Source: a virus (Duplodnaviria > Caudoviricetes). Taken from it: DNA of 43,207 nt. Below are positions 1-7,861 of this stretch, in pieces. Location of the stretch: IMG/VR virus record IMGVR_UViG_3300017700_000313, positions 1 through 43,207 of that record; one strand, 5' to 3'. The notes under the pieces are model-generated. The model ran no database searches. It was not told the origin of the DNA and saw nothing but the letters and a program-made list of their open reading frames with translations. Every line of letters starts with the position of its first letter. Position 1 is the stretch's first letter. The translations under genes were made by a program, and so were the position numbers.

Positions 1-123
1 CCTGAACTTGCTGCATGAACTGAGCCTGCTGCTCAGGATTGCGCTTGAATTCATCCAGCCAGTAAGCACCGCGCAACTTGAGCCAGTAGATGTACATGCC
101 CATGAGGTCGTACTCTGCCACGA
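1..123. repeat. Terminal direct repeat (assembly circularisation overlap), copy 1
   Basis: 1-123 (cctgaacttg...tctgccacga) is identical to 43085-43207. It lies inside the portal ORF, so it is most likely a contig overlap and not a physical terminal repeat. Confidence 0.95.
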
Positions 124-1876
124 ATCCAGGAATGGCTTGGCCAGTCTGCATCATGACAGTCAGCGTTTCTGCGTTCATCATCTTGTCAGCTGGCAACATG
201 CCATCAGTCATCTTGAATTCCAAGATAGCCTGGCGCATCTGCACAGGATCAACTTCGACAACTTCTTTCTTGTCACGGTTGAGGATGCTGCCAGCTGCTT
301 GGAATTGCAGCGTGTTGCTCTTGATGATTTCCTTGACTGGCGTCATGAACTGCTGCTCGATCGACAGTGACGACAACTGCTGACGCGAGTTGCTGTTGCC
401 CATCGTTTCTTCAAACTCAGTCTTGGTCTTGTTGCCCTTCTGGAACTGACCACGATCAACTTTGTTCTGGCCAGTGGCTTGATCTGCCATGCCAGAAATC
501 ATGTCGCTCATCTGCAAGTTGCTGGCAGAGTTGTCTTCACGGTATGGAATCTGGAAGATGGCAGCAGCCATGGCATTTGCGTCTTTGCCGATGTTGGCAT
601 TGCGCAGTGGGATGCGGCTGGTGGAACTGACAGGATCAATGTCCTTCTTGTCAATGAAGCGTGGGTTGTACACCAGACGATCAAAGATCAAGCGACGCTT
701 GGATTCCAGTGAGATGTTCCACAGTGCGCTGCTCATGTCTTGGAATGGCAGAGCATTGTCCAGCATGGATTGCGTCTGATAGCCAAGGCCATCTTCGTAC
801 GGCTGCATGATGATTGCAGGCAGGAAGTCATGAGCAGTGTTCATCTCTTCCACGAACAGCACAACTTGCCAGTTGACAATGATGGCGTGGTAGATTTTGA
901 CTTGGTTGCCAGGAGCACCAAACGTAGCACCTTCTGCACGGCAGTAGAAGTGCGTGACCACGTAGTGATCTTTGTAGTTGATGCGCGACTTGGTGTTGCT
1001 GCCAGTGAGGCCCATCCAAGAGCCCCAGTTCGTAGCACCTGGCAATGCATGTGTGCCACCAAGTGTCATGAAGCGGTTGATATCTGGGTGATGGTACTGA
1101 AGACCATAGCCAGTATCTGTGGTGCTACCGGCAAACTGCGACTCGTAGGCTTCTTTAGCCTGAGTTGTCTTTGCGCCATCCAAGGTAGAGATCAGCTGCT
1201 TCAGCTTGACACGAGACATGATCGTGTTGTAACCAAAGAACTCACCATCCGTGTGCAAGTTGGCAGGAGCAACTGTCATATCCATGAAGCAGTTGTATGG
1301 GTCAACAGCAGTGATGCAGTTTCCACCGTAGCTGTATTCTTTGATGGCAGCCATGCCCGCAGCACTGATGTTGGTGTCAGTGACAATTGCTTTCAGTGGT
1401 GTCTTTTTCCACTGCACAACAGCTGGCGCGAAGTTGTACTTGTAGCCGTTGCGGAAGACTTTGATGAGTTCACGTGCCCAACCGTAGCGGATGGATTGCT
1501 CACCAAGTGCAGTTTCAAACTGGCTGGCAGCTGATTGCATCTGCGGAGTGCTGATGACACCGAAGATTGGATAGCTGGTCAGAAACACACCTGCCTGGTA
1601 AGCAACAGCAGATTCGATCTGCGGCATCACAATTGGCACCGTCATGTTCTGCACTTTGCGGGCATCGCCACGCATGTTGGCACGGACAGCTTTGATCTGC
1701 TCAGCAGTCACATCCAGCTGCCGCTGGTAAGCTTTGTCACGATATGCCAGCAAACTGCGGAAATCACCGAGTGATCCCTCAGCCATACGTGCGCGATCTT
1801 TTGCGTAGAAGAGGAAGGCTTCACGCTGCTGGAGTGTCAACGTATTGACAATGCTAACTTTGGAGTTGGTGGCCAT
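1..1876 (-). CDS. Portal protein, N-terminal part. Continues across the junction into 43084..43011 (about 649 aa in total).
   Basis: ATG at 1876 (MATNSKVSIVNTLTLQQREAF...VPIVMPQIESAVAY). The frame matches the 43011..43205 ORF through the repeat. Size and position directly after terL fit a podoviral portal. Absent from the ORF track because it runs off the edge. Confidence 0.8.
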   Translation of the reverse strand, partial: MATNSKVSIVNTLTLQQREAFLFYAKDRARMAEGSLGDFRSLLAYRDKAYQRQLDVTAEQIKAVRANMRGDARKVQNMTVPIVMPQIESAVAYQAGVFLTSYPIFGVISTPQMQSAASQFETALGEQSIRYGWARELIKVFRNGYKYNFAPAVVQWKKTPLKAIVTDTNISAAGMAAIKEYSYGGNCITAVDPYNCFMDMTVAPANLHTDGEFFGYNTIMSRVKLKQLISTLDGAKTTQAKEAYESQFAGSTTDTGYGLQYHHPDINRFMTLGGTHALPGATNWGSWMGLTGSNTKSRINYKDHYVVTHFYCRAEGATFGAPGNQVKIYHAIIVNWQVVLFVEEMNTAHDFLPAIIMQPYEDGLGYQTQSMLDNALPFQDMSSALWNISLESKRRLIFDRLVYNPRFIDKKDIDPVSSTSRIPLRNANIGKDANAMAAAIFQIPYREDNSASNLQMSDMISGMADQATGQNKVDRGQFQKGNKTKTEFEETMGNSNSRQQLSSLSIEQQFMTPVKEIIKSNTLQFQAAGSILNRDKKEVVEVDPVQMRQAILEFKMTDGMLPADKMMNAETLTVMMQTGQAIPGFVAEYDLMGMYIYWLKLRGAYWLDEFKRNPEQQAQFMQQVQ

Positions 1877-1899
1877 GCTGGTACCTGTGGTTGGATCTG

Positions 1900-3369
1900 T
1901 TAGAATGGCAGCGCCAAGTCCTCAGCATGAGCTGCTGGAGAATGGTCGCTATCGGTGTCAAAGATGTTCTTAACGATGAGCTCTGGATAGTCACGCATGA
2001 CTTCTTCAACATACCCGAGTCCATCGATTATATCATCTGTGTTGTTGATCTTCAGGGGGTTCCAATCCACCACTTGCGTGATAACCAGCGAACGTACACG
2101 CGGGTGCAAACCAGTCTCACCCTTGAGAACACGGATAAGTCCGAGCTTGATACGACCATTCTTGTTTCTATTCTTTGGGCTGGTTGGCTGAAACTCGAAG
2201 CCTGAGATGCCATTCTCATCACAGTATTCGTTGAACCAGAAGAGCAAGGTGCTTTGGTATGCAACGTCTTCGACACAGATAAGCCGAGTGTTCCGCTGTA
2301 AGCCAAGTTTGATTGCCGCTTCGATAGTCTGTTTAGGAGTAAAAGTCCCAGCCAGTAGGTCATCAAAAATAGGCTTGCCATCAATAACAGAATAATGCTC
2401 AATAGTGCAGTCATCGCCGCGCTTCTTTCCTGATGATGGGTCAATGAGAATGAAACTGCCTTCAGCATCTGCATCCAAGTAGTAGTCTTCCAGCTGTGGA
2501 AACTTGTGTGGATCGATGCCACTCATGCCAGAGAGCTCTGTGTTGTTCAGAATCTCACTGGTGAAAATCTCAGGCATTCCAATCTCAATCAGTGCCTGGT
2601 ACTCAGATAGCAGTTCTTCTGCTGGCCGTAGTTCTTCCCACAGAGATGTGAGGTCAGCCAGCAAACCACCAACGATCAGCGAAGTCCACTCACTGTTGTT
2701 CTTGAGCTTCTCCAGAATGCAGTTCTGCGGATACATGTTACCCACGTAGATGTATGTACAGCCACGGTTGCTACGAGCCATGGAGAGGGTACCCAGAATC
2801 CAGGTCAGCAGCTCCTTTGCCATGTCAGCATTAGGTGCATCTTCTTTCTTCTGCACGTCATCCATGATGATAACGTCTGGTCGCTCATTCTTCCTGTTGA
2901 TACCACGAATAGCAGTGCCTGCACCAATGGCGCGAAGGATGATGTTCCTGCCACGGAAGTGAAACACCTTGAGTGACTGCGTGTCTACCTCAATCTCAAT
3001 GTTCCAGCGACCGAACAAAGCAATAATGTTTGGCTGGTCAAGGAAATCACAAATGTCAGCAAGCGTGTTGACTGCCAACTCCTCTGCCGCTCCGACAATG
3101 AGGATGAACTTCTTGTCACTGAACAGAATGTACCAGAGACACAGCAGCTTGAGGAAAGTTGTCTTTGCAAATCCACGGGGAATGCCAATAGCAAACCTCT
3201 CTACTTTCTTCTTGAAGCCTGTGAGAAGCTGGAAGAGTGCAATGTAGAATGTGGGAAATGCAAAGATAAAGTGCTCAGGCGCTGCCAGCAATCCCAAGAA
3301 GTTCAGGTCAGACTTTGCTAACGCTGCGGCTTCCTGTGATTCTGTGCTGATGTCTACTGTTTCGTTCAT
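1900..3369 (-). CDS. terL: Terminase large subunit
   Basis: Walker A-like IPRGFAKTT, Walker B IIMDDVQ, coupling motif YVGN, RNase H-like nuclease acidic motifs IDPSSG..GDD and TDDIIDG. Confidence 0.92.
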   Translation of the reverse strand: MNETVDISTESQEAAALAKSDLNFLGLLAAPEHFIFAFPTFYIALFQLLTGFKKKVERFAIGIPRGFAKTTFLKLLCLWYILFSDKKFILIVGAAEELAVNTLADICDFLDQPNIIALFGRWNIEIEVDTQSLKVFHFRGRNIILRAIGAGTAIRGINRKNERPDVIIMDDVQKKEDAPNADMAKELLTWILGTLSMARSNRGCTYIYVGNMYPQNCILEKLKNNSEWTSLIVGGLLADLTSLWEELRPAEELLSEYQALIEIGMPEIFTSEILNNTELSGMSGIDPHKFPQLEDYYLDADAEGSFILIDPSSGKKRGDDCTIEHYSVIDGKPIFDDLLAGTFTPKQTIEAAIKLGLQRNTRLICVEDVAYQSTLLFWFNEYCDENGISGFEFQPTSPKNRNKNGRIKLGLIRVLKGETGLHPRVRSLVITQVVDWNPLKINNTDDIIDGLGYVEEVMRDYPELIVKNIFDTDSDHSPAAHAEDLALPF

Positions 3370-3375
3370 AACTAC

Positions 3376-3969
3376 TTACAGCATGTCCGTGGACAGCTCC
3401 AATGGTGACTTGCGGGGAGCACGAGGTGCCAGTGGCATCAAAGATCCCAGGCGCGAAGCTGCTTTGTCATCTGCAGTGACAGCTGGGACCAGTTGTTTGT
3501 TGATGCGGGCGTTCATCGTAGCTTCCAGGCTCTTCGGAGTCGCAGAAACAAGCGTCTTGCCTTCCACTTCCACGATTTCACTCTGGCTGTTAACCACATA
3601 ACGAGGCAAAGCACTCGCTGGCAGCGTGAGTGTGACGTTGATGTTGGTAACTGGAGCTCCGATTGGGCCATCTTTGCGACGACGAGCCTGATTCAGCGTG
3701 CGAAACGCAGCCAATGCTTGTGGCAAGTTGGCAAATGGCGCAGTTTTCTCGATGCGACCAAGCAAAACTTCCTCAGCCGTGTTCAAACGCTCGTCAAATG
3801 CAGCATCTTTGATGGTGACTGACGAGGTTTGCTCGGTAACTTGGCGTGCAATCTCAGGATCAGCACGAAGTTGGCTGATGTAACTGGGATCGCAGCCAAG
3901 AGCAGCTGCAATTTGGTCAGTTGAGATGCCTTGTGCCATGTACTTGATGGCAAGTTGCTTGTCTACCAT
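3376..3969 (-). CDS. terS: Putative terminase small subunit (N-terminal HTH)
   Basis: HTH-like STDQIAAALGCDPSYISQL; immediately upstream of terL. Confidence 0.65.
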   Translation of the reverse strand: MVDKQLAIKYMAQGISTDQIAAALGCDPSYISQLRADPEIARQVTEQTSSVTIKDAAFDERLNTAEEVLLGRIEKTAPFANLPQALAAFRTLNQARRRKDGPIGAPVTNINVTLTLPASALPRYVVNSQSEIVEVEGKTLVSATPKSLEATMNARINKQLVPAVTADDKAASRLGSLMPLAPRAPRKSPLELSTDML

Positions 3970-3973
3970 GACT

Positions 3974-5110
3974 TTATTCTCCTAACAACATCTTAATGAG
4001 TGACTGCGTGACTGGATCAGCATCAACCTTGGGCATAAGTGGCACAGACTCAGGGTTGATGATGTTAGCTGGATTTACACCCATGCGGTTTTCCAAGATT
4101 GCTGATGGAATGCCAATATCATTCCTGCTGAACAACCGCTGAACAAGGCGAGCTTCTGCCTCACCTGCAATGTTTTCATAGTTGCTGTGAGCCTGCTTCT
4201 CAACTTTGGTCAGCATCCCAAGCACAGAGTTGATAGCATCAGGGTTGCTCAAGATATCTGATGGCCCTTTTGCAGATGAGAAAGCTTGTATGTCACCTAC
4301 GGGTTTCTTGCCTTCGCGCGCCAGCCCAGCTAGCAACTGCTCACCACGCATCTTTGCAGTGCTGAAACGCCCGTAGTCACCATAGAAACTTACAGGACTT
4401 CCACCACGTGGCATGTCGTACAGATACTGGCTACCGTGCTGCATCTCATGGAGCAAGTTGCTGGTCAAATCCATTGAAGATTCTGCAGTTCCCAGTGTCA
4501 TCCTGCCACTCTGTGAGTAGCTAGCACCAGGCCCAGGAGTTGGTGCCACTGTGATACTCTTCAAGTACTCTGCCAAGTCAGGCGGATAACGCTCAAGGTC
4601 AACAAGTTCTCCCAGTTTGTATGGAGTCATGCGACCTTCATTGCCAGCCTTTAGCCGCACCAATCCATTGGGTAACACTGTGACGTGCTCACCTTTAATC
4701 AACTGACCTTTGTCACTGATGTTCTTGACTGCTTGACCTGTCAGGTTCTGGCGAAAGACTCCCTCATTGATGAATGCAGCTGTCGGGTTTCTACGCAGCA
4801 GATCTGTTGTCTCAATCGAAACTCTGCGAGTCATCCCTGGAACAGCGCCAATAGGAACAATGATGCCAGCACCAGCAACAGTGTTTGCCATGCGATCAAC
4901 ACTTCGCTCACGTGCAGCAGCTTTTTGCTCTGGTGGCAGAAGCACGCTCTTGGACTCTGCTGTCAGCATGTCTGCTGTTTGTTCATTCAGCCGATCAATA
5001 CCATAACCCACAGCTTGCTGCGCGTATAGCAGTGGCTCACTGAAGGCATTGTTCAATGCACGCTTCAGGGAGTCTGCTTTAGAATAGATGCCAGCAAGTA
5101 GGTTGCTCAT
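3974..5110 (-). CDS. Zincin-like metallopeptidase-domain protein (LPD23-like)
   Basis: LLHEMQHGSQ...PRGGS and YENIAGEAEARLVQ match the remembered pattern of LPD23/zincin domains of phage polyvalent proteins. Confidence 0.7.
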   Translation of the reverse strand: MSNLLAGIYSKADSLKRALNNAFSEPLLYAQQAVGYGIDRLNEQTADMLTAESKSVLLPPEQKAAARERSVDRMANTVAGAGIIVPIGAVPGMTRRVSIETTDLLRRNPTAAFINEGVFRQNLTGQAVKNISDKGQLIKGEHVTVLPNGLVRLKAGNEGRMTPYKLGELVDLERYPPDLAEYLKSITVAPTPGPGASYSQSGRMTLGTAESSMDLTSNLLHEMQHGSQYLYDMPRGGSPVSFYGDYGRFSTAKMRGEQLLAGLAREGKKPVGDIQAFSSAKGPSDILSNPDAINSVLGMLTKVEKQAHSNYENIAGEAEARLVQRLFSRNDIGIPSAILENRMGVNPANIINPESVPLMPKVDADPVTQSLIKMLLGE

Positions 5111-5458
5111 GTCATGCTTTCAGGGTCGTTGCCGGGAGGTCCATGCTAAGAATGATACCGGCAAGGAAGCAAACTACTAGACAGCCCATTTGCGAACGGC
5201 TTGAAAACAGCAAGCTCAGAACAAGAGTTACTACTACGAACTATACGGCTCACTTTGAAAATTTAGAAATTTTGGGAGGATGGCATAGGATATGCGCCTA
5301 GCCTGGCAGTGAAAAGGCCCTCCACCCCCTAGTTGCTACAAGAGTATTGCTATGCATGTGCGAAGCACACTAGAGTGTAAGGCGTGGCTATAACTACAAG
5401 ACTAGTCGGAGAAGAGGATTTTTTTTTGAAGTAAGTACTCACTTACATACTTGGTAAT

Positions 5459-5484
5459 AAAAAAGCCCACTGCTTAGGTGGGCT
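5459..5484 (-). terminator. Rho-independent terminator after the 5519..6157 gene
   Basis: On the - strand: agcccac-ctaagca-gtgggc followed by TTTTTT. Confidence 0.75.
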
Positions 5485-5518
5485 CTAGCAGCTAGGCTGC
5501 TATTAGCTGCTTGCTAGT

Positions 5519-6157
5519 TCAAAGCAGGTCAGCGATGTTATATGCTGGCTTTGCTGGCTTGTTGCGAATCTGTTCAACACGGCGCAGGACGAAAGCACCA
5601 AGTTCTGATTCGAGGTCGCTGCTATCCATCTTGCTTACGATCACGTCGAGTTCGCTCTCGTCGTACTGTGTTGTCTTGCCTGCGAGCTTGAGCACCATAT
5701 CCTTATAAGCCTCCACTGCTTTGCGGTAAGCAGCATTGCTAACGTAGTTCGGGTTAGTAGTGAACTTCTGGCGCGTTGCGCTTGCGTCCCATGCTGCTGA
5801 CAGTTCCTCCTTCGTCATCCACTCGCTGTTACCGCTTGTGGCTTCTGCCAAGATGGCGTCAGCACTGAATATGCTCGTATCAATCTCCACCGGGAACAAC
5901 TGCATGTCTCCGATACGGCGGGTCAAGATGGCTTTAGCTGCTGTTTCCAGTACTGCTGCCATGAGTGGTTTATAGGCTGCTGCTTCTGGCGTGGCCAGTG
6001 CTGCCTCCATAGTTGTCCAGGCGTCGGCGTTGATGACTACTGATGCCATGCGCGCAGGATTGCGGAAACGTGCAGTAATGAGTCGTTGTGCTGCTGTCAT
6101 CGCCAGTGCTGCTGCTTTGCTGCCTTCTGCGGTGGTGTTCAAGTGTTGCATTGTCAT
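5519..6157 (-). CDS. Hypothetical protein (212 aa), probable distant paralog of 12681..13322
   Basis: Clean helical-looking ORF with its own terminator; collinear motif similarity to the 213-aa protein. Confidence 0.75.
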   Translation of the reverse strand: MTMQHLNTTAEGSKAAALAMTAAQRLITARFRNPARMASVVINADAWTTMEAALATPEAAAYKPLMAAVLETAAKAILTRRIGDMQLFPVEIDTSIFSADAILAEATSGNSEWMTKEELSAAWDASATRQKFTTNPNYVSNAAYRKAVEAYKDMVLKLAGKTTQYDESELDVIVSKMDSSDLESELGAFVLRRVEQIRNKPAKPAYNIADLL

Positions 6158-6274
6158 GATGGATTCTCTCAGTAGCTCGGGTTGATAGGATTTTGTAGGC
6201 TAGAGCTATCGCGCTACATATGTTGGAGTACTTGTTAGTTCCATGAGTTCCTGCCGTTCGTCGGATTATCAATG

Positions 6275-6313
6275 TGTGTATCATGTGGATAACTTACTCA
6301 CAGGTTATGCACA
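6275..6313. promoter_or_regulatory. Cluster of DnaA boxes
   Basis: TGTGGATAA at 6284-6292 (perfect) and TTATGCACA at 6305-6313 (fits TTATNCACA), with near-matches TGTGTATCA at 6275-6283 and TTACTCACA at 6294-6302. Confidence 0.6.
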
Positions 6314-6501
6314 ATTCTGCTCTTAGTTATTATCTATCATGTGTGGTGTGTTATAGGTTTTTGCTATTGGATTCTTATTGGCATGGCAGTTATGTATCAG
6401 GAACTATACAGCGTTGGTATTTGTTTGTTATTAACTGTCGATTGACTTGTTTGTTTATTGTCTAAATAGGATAGCTCGAAAAATATAGGTGGGCATTCTC
6501 A

Positions 6502-6708
6502 CCCCCTTTTATATGCACAGTATTGTTGCCATCTATTCTATGCTATCCATGTATCCAGTGAGTGTTATATGGTATATAGTAGTTTATTATTTTCTTTCTT
6601 TTTATTTTAATATACCCTATAGAATCAATCCCATAAGACACACAATCCTGCTAACTCACAATATCATGCACTGGTGAGTAGATAACAATGCATGAGCCTT
6701 TTAGGGGG
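6502..6708. repeat. Nested imperfect inverted repeat around a T-rich core; putative replication origin
   Basis: Paired blocks ccccc/ggggg, attgtt/aacaat, atctattc/gagtagat, ccagtg/cactgg and ggtatat/atatacc flank the very AT-rich segment 6578-6609. Confidence 0.5.
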
Positions 6709-6775
6709 CGCATATGTGTAGGGTCCGATGAGGTCGAATCCGATTTAGACTGTAGTTAACAATGCCGATCGACAC

Positions 6776-6804
6776 TTGACAATGTGTATATAGCATGAGA
6801 CACT
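6776..6804 (+). promoter_or_regulatory. Sigma70-type early promoter
   Basis: TTGACA-17 nt-GACACT with an extended -10 TG, upstream of the first + strand gene. Confidence 0.55.
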
Positions 6805-6878
6805 ATGATCTGTAACTAAGCCACGCGACTGTGTCGTGTTCAATGCTGTTACTAACAACTTAACTACTGGAGTTTATC

Positions 6879-7388
6879 ATGTCACTTGTTTGCTTGGTTG
6901 ATCTTAACAATGATCTGCAATCTATCAACAATGAATTACCGCCCGGCGTAAGAGCCACGCTGCGTATGGATAACAATAGAATCTATGTTAACTACTCTGT
7001 GAGGTATGAGCATAAGGGTAAGAAGCATAGCCTTGGTGTGTTCTTGGATAGAGAGTCTGCTATTCGTGCATTGCTTGAGCATAAGTATCGATCAGCTACA
7101 GTCACCCCGGCGGCAGAATTGCAGGCACGGACTCAGTTGATGGCTATTAATGCTACGAGTCAACGTGACACTGCAATGATTGAAGTAGCTAAGCCACGCG
7201 AAGCACTGACGAGAGAGCGGATTGTGGAATTGCTTGCTATCAAAGGAATGTACGATTGGCAGCTGACTGGTGATGAAGCCATTGATGTGATGGATGATGC
7301 TGGTGTTATGCATACAATCACTGTGGAAGATCAACGCAACTACAACGATTGGAAGCAAGCAGGTATTGACGCAGAAGATAACACTTGA
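6879..7388 (+). CDS. AP2-like DNA-binding domain protein
   Basis: GGAG RBS; YSVRYEHKGKKHSLGVFLDRESAIRA fits the AP2/integrase arm-type beta-sheet DNA-binding pattern (G.F...E.A..A). Confidence 0.6.
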   Translation: MSLVCLVDLNNDLQSINNELPPGVRATLRMDNNRIYVNYSVRYEHKGKKHSLGVFLDRESAIRALLEHKYRSATVTPAAELQARTQLMAINATSQRDTAMIEVAKPREALTRERIVELLAIKGMYDWQLTGDEAIDVMDDAGVMHTITVEDQRNYNDWKQAGIDAEDNT

Positions 7389-7414
7389 CAAGCTAATAGC
7401 ATGGAAGATATAAT
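7385..7414 (+). promoter_or_regulatory. Consensus sigma70 promoter
   Basis: TTGACA (7385-7390), 18-nt spacer, TATAAT (7409-7414). Confidence 0.8.
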
Positions 7415-7504
7415 GGGAACTTATTTCTTCTAATAGAGTCAAACATATGTGTGGATTATCCATGCGCGTGTGTTTTGTTTGTTTATCAACCGGAGTTTAT
7501 TACT

Positions 7505-7630
7505 ATGATCTTCGTTCTTGCTATCGCTGCTTTCATGAGCATCAATCAATCTCATATGACCTATGAGCGTTTCAACAACATGCAAGCTGAGCCTGTTGCT
7601 TATGTTTGCCACTCGGGAGAATGCGCATGA
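7505..7630 (+). CDS. Small hypothetical protein (41 aa, hydrophobic N-terminus)
   Basis: RBS GGAGTTTAT upstream; MIFVLAIAAFMSINQSHMTYERFNNMQAEPVAYVCHSGECA; ATGA overlap with the next gene. Below the ORF-track length cutoff. Confidence 0.6.
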   Translation: MIFVLAIAAFMSINQSHMTYERFNNMQAEPVAYVCHSGECA

Positions 7631-7857
7631 ACACGCCTAACAACATGCCACTGTCACAAGATGACAAAGACTTGTTGCTTGACTTTGTTGAGCATGACCT
7701 CACTTACTCGGTGTTCATGATTGCTGAGAAGTATGGGTATTTCAGCGCAGCTGATCGCCATGATGCTCTGTATCTAATTGAGAACATCAGGCATTTCACG
7801 ACTACTCGCTTGATGATAGCAATGATAATGCTGATGGACAATGGCGAGGAGTTTTAA
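7627..7857 (+). CDS. Hypothetical protein
   Basis: ATG coupled to the upstream stop (ATGA), with GGAG upstream. Confidence 0.65.
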   Translation: MNTPNNMPLSQDDKDLLLDFVEHDLTYSVFMIAEKYGYFSAADRHDALYLIENIRHFTTTRLMIAMIMLMDNGEEF

Positions 7858-7861
7858 CATC

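Noticed and set aside
1-123. Biological direct terminal repeat
   Set aside because: It falls mid-portal and has the size of an assembler overlap; physical ends more likely lie near 5.2-5.4 kb.
6274-6677. Short ORFs 6274..6465 and 6489..6677
   Set aside because: No RBS and composition-driven low-complexity translations within the AT-rich regulatory region.
6816-7201. 13-bp direct repeat CTAAGCCACGCGA at 6816-6828 and 7189-7201
   Set aside because: Only two copies, one inside a CDS; several 13-mer matches are expected by chance in 43 kb.
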